Below are positions 50,444 through 58,061 of a DNA stretch of 64,000 bases, in pieces. Origin of the DNA: Kiritimatiellia bacterium (lineage in GTDB: Bacteria; Verrucomicrobiota; Kiritimatiellia; RFP12; UBA1067); NCBI GenBank assembly GCA_045656225.1, contig JAZOQU010000024.1:5790-69789 (forward strand), in the 5' to 3' direction. Position 1 is the first letter of the stretch. Each line of letters opens with the position of its first letter. Under the pieces are notes generated by a model. The model had not been told where the DNA came from. It saw nothing but the letters and a program-made list of their open reading frames with translations, and searched no databases. The translations under genes and the position numbers were made by a program.

Positions 50444-50983
50444 TCACTCCTCGTTGTCTATGACACCTTGAAACCGCACTTCCGTATAATAAAGCGGCAT
50501 TGCAAGCAGTTCTGCGGGATTCTTGGTCGCTCTGAAACCGATCTTGACGACAGAACTGTCTTCCTCGTGAAGAATTACGAGTCCAGCCTTCAAGCCGCCG
50601 GATGCGGTCGACGGCCATTCCGACTTGGGCTTGTCGGCCGAGCCTTCGTACCCCAACGACCCCAACACTCCCGAATACGCCGCCTTGGCGAGAGAATCAG
50701 GATTGTTTACGGCAATACCCCTATTGTTGAAGTACTCTCGCCACCCCTCGTCGGATGGTCTGCTTTGAATATTGCGGAATGTGCTCCACTTCAAATTCGT
50801 CGCCGAGAGCGCCATTACCAGCGGACTGATCACAGCGTCGGCGTAGGCGGCCGACGCAACGTCTTCACGGCTTTGACGGTTCTCGCGGTAACCGAGGGAA
50901 TACAAACCTAAAATGGAAAGCACGCCGCCAGCCATAATAAGTATGGCCATATTGACTTCCATCAATGTAAATGCTTTTTTCAT
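50444..50983 (-). CDS. Minor pseudopilin (GspI-like by position and N-terminus), 179 aa
   Basis: MKKAFTLMEVNMAILIMAGGVLSIL leader. Confidence 0.65.
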   Translation of the reverse strand: MKKAFTLMEVNMAILIMAGGVLSILGLYSLGYRENRQSREDVASAAYADAVISPLVMALSATNLKWSTFRNIQSRPSDEGWREYFNNRGIAVNNPDSLAKAAYSGVLGSLGYEGSADKPKSEWPSTASGGLKAGLVILHEEDSSVVKIGFRATKNPAELLAMPLYYTEVRFQGVIDNEE

Positions 50984-50986
50984 AGT

Positions 50987-51832
50987 TTAATCAAGACTCT
51001 TTGTTGGACTGTCGGTGGTTCCCACTTTCTGCGCGGAAAGAGCCCCGCTCTTATCAGGCCGCAAACTGGAAACTATGATCGTCGACGCGCCGTCGGCGCC
51101 GGACATACCGCCGTCGCCGGAATTAGAACTGACGGAAAAACGCATCACGCTGCCGCCGGCAATGGGATTTCTCACATCACGCGAATAGGAACTGCCGAAG
51201 ATATAACCGTGAGGTAAAGTCAATTCAGCGAATTCGAAGCCGTACGCGTCACCGACCGCCCATGTCACTCCGCCGCGATCTTTAAGCTCGTAAGCGAAGC
51301 ATTCAAATTCCTTGTTGCCGCCCGAGAGCAAAGGCTCGGTGGTGTTGTCACGCCTGGTAATCTCGTAAACGACGGACTTCATGGCCTCATTCCCCTCGTC
51401 GCCGTTCATCTGATAAAAATTGATTCCTCCGCCGTCCGCAGAAGAGGAAGAGGAATTTTCAAGCCCCTCTTCGTCTTCGTCAAGCATCTTGGTGTTGTAC
51501 TTCAAATCTCCGAATTCATCGCAGAGATAATTACCCGTAACTCTCGTCAGACGTCCCGCGCGGCGAACAGCCACGGCTCTACCGACAACTATTTCAAATT
51601 CTTCGGAAGTCCGTCCCTTGAGCGTTTCGTTCCAGAAATAGATGGCGACGGGTTGACGATCTATCTGAGCGCGCTGGTATGCCGAACGGATGAACTGGTT
51701 GGCGTTCTGAACAGTTCCGCGTTCCTCCATGCCGCGCTTCATCTGACGATAGCCCGACACCGTAATCCCGCCCAATATCGCCATAATCGCGATAACGACA
51801 AGCAGTTCAAGCAAAGTAAAGGCGCGATTCAT
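50987..51832 (-). CDS. Minor pseudopilin (GspH-like by position), 281 aa
   Basis: MNRAFTLLELLVVIAIMAILGGI leader followed by ..NANQFIRSAYQRAQIDRQPVAIYF... ATGA overlap with the upstream gene. Confidence 0.65.
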   Translation of the reverse strand: MNRAFTLLELLVVIAIMAILGGITVSGYRQMKRGMEERGTVQNANQFIRSAYQRAQIDRQPVAIYFWNETLKGRTSEEFEIVVGRAVAVRRAGRLTRVTGNYLCDEFGDLKYNTKMLDEDEEGLENSSSSSADGGGINFYQMNGDEGNEAMKSVVYEITRRDNTTEPLLSGGNKEFECFAYELKDRGGVTWAVGDAYGFEFAELTLPHGYIFGSSYSRDVRNPIAGGSVMRFSVSSNSGDGGMSGADGASTIIVSSLRPDKSGALSAQKVGTTDSPTKSLD

Positions 51833-52404
51833 TGTCTCGTTACCTCCATAGAGTCAGTAGGCACGGAATATATTATCTTAAACCGCCTGAAATAACCGTT
51901 GGACGTTTCAGGATAGCCGAAATACATCTGATCTACACTCATTTTCTGAGGATGGCGCTCCGTTCCTCTCACGGCATCCATAAAATCCATGCCGTAACCC
52001 CTGTCGTGTTTTTCGCCCGGGCTTTCGGAGACGTAAAGAGCCGAAATATCCATCATGGGGTTGCTGTTATCGACGGCTTCGCGGACAACGGCTTTGACCA
52101 TATCGCGAACTTCGGCGGACTCTAAAACATATTTATTGTAATCTGTTGAATCGTCAAACCCCTCTTCATTGCCGCGCGAAAGGACATCTCCGCTGTTTAT
52201 TCTGTCTCCGACCGACCCGGGCCAACGGTCCTTCTGGGCGCGATATGTCTCGATGCCCTGAAGGACAATGGCGCACAACGCTTTAGCCTTCTGCTCGCGG
52301 GACTTCTTAAACTGGCCTGAAACAGTCTGGACCGTAATCCCGAGAAGCACGCCGATGATCGCAAGGACCACCATCAATTCTATCAGTGTAAATGCTTTTT
52401 TCAT
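51829..52404 (-). CDS. Pseudopilin paralog, 191 aa
   Basis: MKKAFTLIELMVVLAIIGVLLGI leader and a G-like helix ..KAKALCAIVLQGIETYRAQKDRWPG... Confidence 0.7.
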   Translation of the reverse strand: MKKAFTLIELMVVLAIIGVLLGITVQTVSGQFKKSREQKAKALCAIVLQGIETYRAQKDRWPGSVGDRINSGDVLSRGNEEGFDDSTDYNKYVLESAEVRDMVKAVVREAVDNSNPMMDISALYVSESPGEKHDRGYGMDFMDAVRGTERHPQKMSVDQMYFGYPETSNGYFRRFKIIYSVPTDSMEVTRQ

Positions 52405-52406
52405 TA

Positions 52407-52985
52407 TTATCTATCCACTTGATCGCGCGTCCAGCTGTAGACGTCGTCGGATTTGAGCCCTTCGGTATAAGGCTCTATCTTGCCGTCTGCGCCTGAACAC
52501 CAAACGGCGACATTGGCGCGGATGCGCAGAGACTCTCCGCCGACAATCGCCTCGGTGATCCCGTCGCCGTCCGCATCGAGAGCATAACGAAGACGGTGAT
52601 CGCGCACGGTGCCGCCCGACGGGATTCGAGTCGAAAGCGACGCGGAGGAACCGGCCTCTTTAATCACATTCTCCGCCCAAGGCGTAACCACTCCAAAGCG
52701 CCCGAGACCTGTCATCTTACCGTCTTTTACGCGATACTCCAACTTTCCGGCTATCGGACAGGCTGTAATCTCGTCAAGACCGTTCTCGGAATTCATCTCG
52801 CTGTACATGCGGGGAGTCCATTCGACAAGACCGAGCACCGTCTCGACATCCTTGACGAAATTATGGCATTTCGCCTTGTTGGCCTTCTCGGGAGCAGAGG
52901 AAAAACCGTAAACCAAAGCACCCATAAGAATACCGAGAATGCCGAGAACCACTAAAATTTCCACCAAAGAAAAACCTTTTTTCAT
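52407..52985 (-). CDS. Pseudopilin paralog, 192 aa
   Basis: The start is taken at ATG 52985 (MKKGFSLVEILVVLGILGILMGAL) with AAGGAG 6 nt upstream. Contains a DADGDG loop and ..VWCSGADGK... Confidence 0.7.
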   Translation of the reverse strand: MKKGFSLVEILVVLGILGILMGALVYGFSSAPEKANKAKCHNFVKDVETVLGLVEWTPRMYSEMNSENGLDEITACPIAGKLEYRVKDGKMTGLGRFGVVTPWAENVIKEAGSSASLSTRIPSGGTVRDHRLRYALDADGDGITEAIVGGESLRIRANVAVWCSGADGKIEPYTEGLKSDDVYSWTRDQVDR

Positions 52986-52996
52986 ACTCGCTCCTT

Positions 52997-54178
52997 TTAA
53001 TTGCTGAGATGGATAATATCGTCGCTTACCCATTTGCCGACGCATTCGTTCGCCTTGGATTCAAGAGTTTTCCTGTCGATCCACGGCGGGAAAGTCCGAC
53101 CGTTGGGACCTGCGCTCCACAACGTATAACGTTGATACGGGGCCGGGGAATAGTAATAAAAATCATTGTTCCACCCGTCGCGTACCGTAATGCCGTCAAG
53201 AACATACTGGTTGGAAGCGCTGCCTGTAGTCGAAAAAATCTCGATGTTCACGTTGTCCGCATCAAGAGTGGTGCCGCCGCCGTCCTTGATATCAACCCCG
53301 AAAAGAACGAAGTTGTCCGGGCGGTTGACGCGGCAGATGTTTTTAAGATTGGGAATCCATCTCGCGCAAACGGCCTGAGAAGGTATGTTCGCCACACTCG
53401 CATAGTTCATCGACCCCTCGTTGCCTACCGCGGTACGATCCTTAATGCCTTGCCAACCGCCGTAGGTTTCAAAAGATTTCCCCGTAAACGGATCGCACGG
53501 CATCACATTGTTCCCGGTCCATTGCGCGTATTCTTCGAAAAATTCGCTGGGGCCGTTCATCATGACAAGATATCTCGGCAGCAGATAGCTGAGCAGACCG
53601 AACTTGAAAAGCTGCAGATTGCGCCAGTCGATTTTATCTTTGAGCGAAGTGAAACGGCCGAGGTTGCTCGTTCCGTCATCAAACCCGGCCATGAACCTGG
53701 CCTTTCGGTCCTCATTCTCAAAATAGGCTTTAAAATCCTCGTCGTTGGATGACGCGCGGCGCTTTATCTCTTCGGAAACAGACTCCACCAGGTCTTCGTA
53801 ACCGGGAGGAAACGGGAAGCGGCAATCGATCGGCTGAGCTTTGCAGGCGGCAGCAACCTGATCCCATGCGCGCGACTCGTTCACCTCGCCGATCTTCGTC
53901 CAATTCCAGATATTCTCGTTTACATCATCGTTTTGGATGCCGTGTTCGTCCACCGCGGCGTAAATATCCCTCGAGCCGTGCGTCTTCACGGGGGGGTAGC
54001 TGCCGAAAGCGGCGTAATACCCCGAAAGACAGTTCTCAAGTTTCTGCAGACGCATAATGGTGACAGTCCTTTTATGGGAGTCGGAGCCTACAGACGTTAT
54101 TCTGAAGACAAGCCCCATCAGGATCGCCATCACGGCGATGACAATCATAAGCTCGATTAACGTAAACGCTTTTTTCAT
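52997..54178 (-). CDS. GspG-like major pseudopilin candidate with a ~250-aa insertion, 393 aa
   Basis: MKKAFTLIELMIVIAVMAILMGLV leader. G-like ..LQKLENCLSGYYAAFGSYPPV.. after the helix, and G-like C-terminus ..DGWNNDFYYYSPAPYQRYTLWSAGPNGRTFPPW... It is the first gene after gspF. Confidence 0.7.
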   Translation of the reverse strand: MKKAFTLIELMIVIAVMAILMGLVFRITSVGSDSHKRTVTIMRLQKLENCLSGYYAAFGSYPPVKTHGSRDIYAAVDEHGIQNDDVNENIWNWTKIGEVNESRAWDQVAAACKAQPIDCRFPFPPGYEDLVESVSEEIKRRASSNDEDFKAYFENEDRKARFMAGFDDGTSNLGRFTSLKDKIDWRNLQLFKFGLLSYLLPRYLVMMNGPSEFFEEYAQWTGNNVMPCDPFTGKSFETYGGWQGIKDRTAVGNEGSMNYASVANIPSQAVCARWIPNLKNICRVNRPDNFVLFGVDIKDGGGTTLDADNVNIEIFSTTGSASNQYVLDGITVRDGWNNDFYYYSPAPYQRYTLWSAGPNGRTFPPWIDRKTLESKANECVGKWVSDDIIHLSN

Positions 54179-54188
54179 TGAGACGCCC

Positions 54189-55514
54189 TTACATGGATCC
54201 GGACCCGCCGGAAACAGAAGAAATGATCTTGATCATCGGCAGGAACATGGCGACGACGATGGTACCGACGATTACCGCCAGCACGATGATGAGAGCGGGC
54301 TCGATCGCCGCGGTCATGCCGGCGACGGCGTTATCGACTTCATCATCGTATGTGTCGGCGATGCGGGTAAGCATCTCGGCGAGAGCGCCCGTCTCTTCGC
54401 CGACCTCGACCATCGAAATCACCATCGGGGGGAACACCCAGCATTGGGAGAGCGGCTGCGTGACGCCCTCGCCTTCCTTTACCGCGTCATGAACGGACTG
54501 GATCGCTTTGGCGATGACGCGGTTGCCCGACGTCTCGCGGACGATGACGAGCGCCTGCAGAATCGGCACGCCCGAAGAAAGAAGCGTTCCAAGCGTTCTC
54601 GTGAGACGGGAAACGGCCGTTCGCTGCACAAGCGTACCCGTGACAGGCATACGCAATTTCAACACATCGAAAATATATGCGCCCCTCTCGGTCTTGCCGA
54701 GCAGTTTAAGAAGAACGATCACGCCGATGAAAATCACGGCAACCGTCAGACCGTTGTGCTGGACATACTCGGACATGTCTATGACGAACTGCGTCACCGA
54801 CGGAAGAGCCTCTCCACCGAGCATGTCATTGAACACCTGCTTGAATTTCGGAATGACCGTAACGAGCAGGAACGCTGTAATGCCGACGGCGGCGACGAGA
54901 ACGACAATGGGATAAATCATCGCGCCCTTCACCTTGTTCTTGATTTTGTCCGCCTTCTCGGCAAACTCGGCCAAACGGGCCAGAACAACTTCAAGAACAC
55001 CGCCCGCTTCGCCGGCCTTTACCATGTTGATATAGAGATTGTCGAAGATCTTGGGATAGGCCGTAAGCGATTCGGAAAAGGTTCCGCCGGCGGAAATCGT
55101 CTCAGATATGCCCTCAAGAGCCTCACGCAGCTGAGCGTCCTTCATCTGGCGCTTCAACACGTCGATACTGCGCATCAAAGGAAGCCCGGCATTGACGAGC
55201 GTTGCGAGCTGACGGGTGAACTGGGTCAGGATCTTGGTCTTGATCCTGCCCTGAAGAAACTTGGGCAACCTGATGTTGATCTCCATATTAAGCCCCGTCT
55301 TCTTCTTGCCGCCGGACGGCGAAGGGGGCCCTTTCCTGTTTGTCTTCTTCTGAGCAACAGAGGAGGAAGAAGAAGAGCGGACCTCGCCCATAGCTGTGGG
55401 CAAAAGCCCCATCGCGCGCACCGCCGCGATAGCCGCGGTGCGGTCAGCCGCTTCAACCTGTCCGCGGGTTTCATTACCTTCAGCATCTTTCGCTATATAC
55501 TGGAATGTCGCCAT
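54189..55514 (-). CDS. gspF: Type II secretion / type IV pilus platform protein GspF/PilC
   Basis: 441 aa with two T2SSF repeats (..FTRQLATLVNAGLPLMRSIDVL.. and ..LTRTLGTLLSSGVPILQALVIV..). There is a basic/S-rich insert near the N-terminus. Confidence 0.9.
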   Translation of the reverse strand: MATFQYIAKDAEGNETRGQVEAADRTAAIAAVRAMGLLPTAMGEVRSSSSSSVAQKKTNRKGPPSPSGGKKKTGLNMEINIRLPKFLQGRIKTKILTQFTRQLATLVNAGLPLMRSIDVLKRQMKDAQLREALEGISETISAGGTFSESLTAYPKIFDNLYINMVKAGEAGGVLEVVLARLAEFAEKADKIKNKVKGAMIYPIVVLVAAVGITAFLLVTVIPKFKQVFNDMLGGEALPSVTQFVIDMSEYVQHNGLTVAVIFIGVIVLLKLLGKTERGAYIFDVLKLRMPVTGTLVQRTAVSRLTRTLGTLLSSGVPILQALVIVRETSGNRVIAKAIQSVHDAVKEGEGVTQPLSQCWVFPPMVISMVEVGEETGALAEMLTRIADTYDDEVDNAVAGMTAAIEPALIIVLAVIVGTIVVAMFLPMIKIISSVSGGSGSM

Positions 55515-55585
55515 ATCTCACACACGCCCTAACACACCTGTCATCCACGACAGACGGTGGCACGCCCTTTCTTGAATTTATGCAG

Positions 55586-55594
55586 ATTATACCA
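55586..55594 (-). promoter_or_regulatory. Extended -10 box TGGTATAAT for the gspF-pseudopilin operon
   Basis: The plus strand reads attatacca. Predicted +1 is ~55579, giving a ~65-nt leader to the ATG at 55514. Confidence 0.45.
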
Positions 55595-55644
55595 CACTAA
55601 CGCCTATTTCAGCAACAATAAGGTCGCTCGAATTCCGCACCCGG

Positions 55645-55971
55645 TCACAGCGGAGGGATTTTCATATTAGGTATATGAACCTCTTCTTTGACGTCGATGC
55701 GCGAGGATCCGAATATGTACTCGGCCGCCATCGGAGAGACGGTAACCGTATCGTGCTTTGACGAAGATGAATACGACTCGTCGCCGCCCATTGACGTGAG
55801 AGCCGCACGGCCCGCCTTTGCGCGGACGTCGCGGGACATATTCAGCGACGAAACTATATAGTGGAGAAACGCGAACAGGGCGGCAAGAATCAACGCAAGG
55901 CAAAAGAGCCCGAGCGCGAGCTCGACAAGCGCCTGCGCACGACGGAACGTTGAACGCCTCTCAGTGTCCAT
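55645..55971 (-). CDS. TadE-like minor Flp pseudopilin, 108 aa
   Basis: The start is taken at ATG 55971 (MDTERRSTFRRAQALVELALGLFCLALILAALF). It overlaps the TadG-like stop by 11 nt. The track ORF to 56217 is an upstream extension inside the neighbouring gene. Confidence 0.65.
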   Translation of the reverse strand: MDTERRSTFRRAQALVELALGLFCLALILAALFAFLHYIVSSLNMSRDVRAKAGRAALTSMGGDESYSSSSKHDTVTVSPMAAEYIFGSSRIDVKEEVHIPNMKIPPL

Positions 55972-57379
55972 GACTCGTTCCTCCGTGCCCTCCGGGACCG
56001 CCGCCCATAGGCCTGCGGCAAGTGTGGGAATTGAACTTAAGCCAGGTTGAACCTTCACGCCTGAAAGACTCTCGCTCCCACGTAACCAACTGGGCGCAGT
56101 AAAAGCATGCGCTGCCGTAACGGGGCCCCTTCTCCATATAAACGGGAAGATGATCGCGGATGTGCGCCACCCAATCGAAATCAGCCGTTCCGAGATTCTG
56201 TCCGCCCACAGCGTCAAGAGGCACGAGCCTTGTATCGGTAAACGCCGGTATTACAAAAGCGTTAAGAGCCGTGACTTCAGCCGTGCGGCCTTCAAAATCC
56301 TCAACGGCTCCGAAAGGCTTCGCGGCGGCGGACCAATGAAACTTCGCCGTTGAATCGACCGCTACGGCAGAAACCTCGCCGATGCACCTGCAGACGGACG
56401 CGCAACCGCGGACATTATACTCATCCTTGATGCCGCCCACGACGGGAAACTCATAGCCGTAATCATCATCCGCGAGGGAAAGACCGTTGAACCACCTTCT
56501 CCATGAACCGGTATCGAAAAAGAACCACGTCTCTTCCATATCGGAAATGAGACGGGACTTTTCGATCTCCTCCCCGGTCACGGTCTCATCGGAATAGCGC
56601 TCGACAAGTTCAATAATCTCCTCGTTCGAAAAAACCGACCTTAATGAAATCCTGCGTGAAATCACGTGAAGCGAAAACACCTCGCTGTTGTCGAGAGCGT
56701 TTTCACGGTTGACGGGCAGAGGGGCCCAATCGTTATAACTTCCGTAATCCTCAAGAAGATTCCTGTTGTTGAAGAAAAACCAGCACCAGTCCTTGCCGGA
56801 TATGGCCTGATAGAACTGACGGTTGAGAAGCAGATGTCCGGAGAGCGAATCGTAAAACTCAAGATTGTCAGGCCCTGTCGCAAGGCCTTCGGAAATTACG
56901 CTCGAGATTGCCGTGGCGTAATCAACCCATGCTCCCGGAAACGGCTCAGGATACGGAGCTCCCGGACCTTGACCTCCGGCGGCATAAACCGTACGGATGT
57001 CATTTACGTGTCTTTGCAGAATCGCAGCAAACTCAGGGCGTACCGACATCCCGTTTTTCTTGGCGGCCCTGTTCGCGAGCCGAAGCGCCTCTACAGGCTC
57101 AAGAAGCGCCAAATGTCTCTGCTCAAGCACAATTCTCCGACATTCGTTGGTCTCGTCATGTATGGCCGCAACAAGATGCTGAATATTCAATCGCCCTATC
57201 TCGTTCAGAATATGACCCTGCTTATGGGCGGCGGCAATCGCGGCGGCGTCTCCGCCATGCTGAATATGAGTCTTTTCGCGAACGGAAGTGAAAATATCGA
57301 CATTGAGCAGCACCAAACTCGTCAAAACGACGAGAATAAAAACCAACAACAGAACAATCTGGCCGCTACGCGCACGCAT
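55961..57379 (-). CDS. TadG-like pilus-associated protein, 472 aa
   Basis: MRARSGQIVLLLVFILVVLTSLVLLNVDIFTSV..QHGGDAAAIAAAHKQ resembles the TadG/Tad N-terminal domain. The C-terminus carries CFYC..HTC and a GGGPGGHGGTSHGH tail. TGATG overlap with the upstream gene. Confidence 0.65.
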   Translation of the reverse strand: MRARSGQIVLLLVFILVVLTSLVLLNVDIFTSVREKTHIQHGGDAAAIAAAHKQGHILNEIGRLNIQHLVAAIHDETNECRRIVLEQRHLALLEPVEALRLANRAAKKNGMSVRPEFAAILQRHVNDIRTVYAAGGQGPGAPYPEPFPGAWVDYATAISSVISEGLATGPDNLEFYDSLSGHLLLNRQFYQAISGKDWCWFFFNNRNLLEDYGSYNDWAPLPVNRENALDNSEVFSLHVISRRISLRSVFSNEEIIELVERYSDETVTGEEIEKSRLISDMEETWFFFDTGSWRRWFNGLSLADDDYGYEFPVVGGIKDEYNVRGCASVCRCIGEVSAVAVDSTAKFHWSAAAKPFGAVEDFEGRTAEVTALNAFVIPAFTDTRLVPLDAVGGQNLGTADFDWVAHIRDHLPVYMEKGPRYGSACFYCAQLVTWERESFRREGSTWLKFNSHTCRRPMGGGPGGHGGTSHGH

Positions 57380-57849
57380 CAGAACCCCGCATCATACATG
57401 TAAAACGGGAAATGAGATTCCACCTGGGCGTTTCCCTCCACCGTAAAATCCCGTGTCGACATTTCAACTCGGGCCTCGGCAACCGGAGCCGTACCCATTC
57501 CGGATTGAACATCAACGTCCGTAGTATGCCAATATTCGTATTCAAGAATGGCGTTGGCACGGGGAGGGTTTTCGCTCGCAAGATATATCGGCACGCGTGA
57601 AACTTCGTCAATTCCCCGATCTGTAGGCCAAAGACGCTTGCCCGCGACAGGGATAATCGCCGCGCGAGCCGACTTTCTGCACATGAAATCATTAAACCCG
57701 ACGGCCTTGGCGCGTGCGGCGCGCGCGGCGCCGTAATCAAGAAGCGTGCGCGCGGCAAGTTTGCGGGAAAGCGTAAACGCCGTCGTGAATATCAGCATAA
57801 TCACGAGTACGGCGATCAGCGTCTCGACCATAGCCTGGGCACGCTTCAT
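57379..57849 (-). CDS. TadE-like minor Flp pseudopilin, 156 aa
   Basis: MKRAQAMVETLIAVLVIMLIFTTAF N-terminus. Confidence 0.7.
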   Translation of the reverse strand: MKRAQAMVETLIAVLVIMLIFTTAFTLSRKLAARTLLDYGAARAARAKAVGFNDFMCRKSARAAIIPVAGKRLWPTDRGIDEVSRVPIYLASENPPRANAILEYEYWHTTDVDVQSGMGTAPVAEARVEMSTRDFTVEGNAQVESHFPFYMYDAGF

Positions 57850-57876
57850 GAGCCCCCCTGTTATCTGACGGACTTA

Positions 57877-58035
57877 TCAGTCGTTACCGGCATCTTCAAT
57901 CTGCTCGGCGGCATCTTCAGCCTTATCTCTGATTTTATCCTTCAGAAGCGTAAACGTACCGATAAGGGCGATGGCGATGAGGCTGATAATAAGGATGTAT
58001 TCAACCATCGTCTGACCTTTTTTCATCTTCTTCAT
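57877..58035 (-). CDS. flp: Flp/Fap-family pilin, 52 aa (not in ORF track)
   Basis: Hand translation: MKKMKKGQTMVEYILIISLIAIALIGTFTLLKDKIRDKAEDAAEQIEDAGND. Carries the G/XXXXEY Flp processing motif and an AAGGAG SD 7 nt upstream. TGA at 57879-57877. Confidence 0.85.
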   Translation of the reverse strand: MKKMKKGQTMVEYILIISLIAIALIGTFTLLKDKIRDKAEDAAEQIEDAGND

Positions 58036-58061
58036 TGATATCTCCTTTCGGATTTTTAACT

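Noticed and set aside
54057-55532. 491-aa plus-strand ORF antisense to gspF
   Set aside because: The sequence is R/H/D/G-rich low-information text (..HRQEHGDDDGTDDYRQHDDESGLDRRGHAGDG..). It fully overlaps a minus-strand gene with clear GspF motifs, so it is a typical shadow ORF of a GC-biased coding region.
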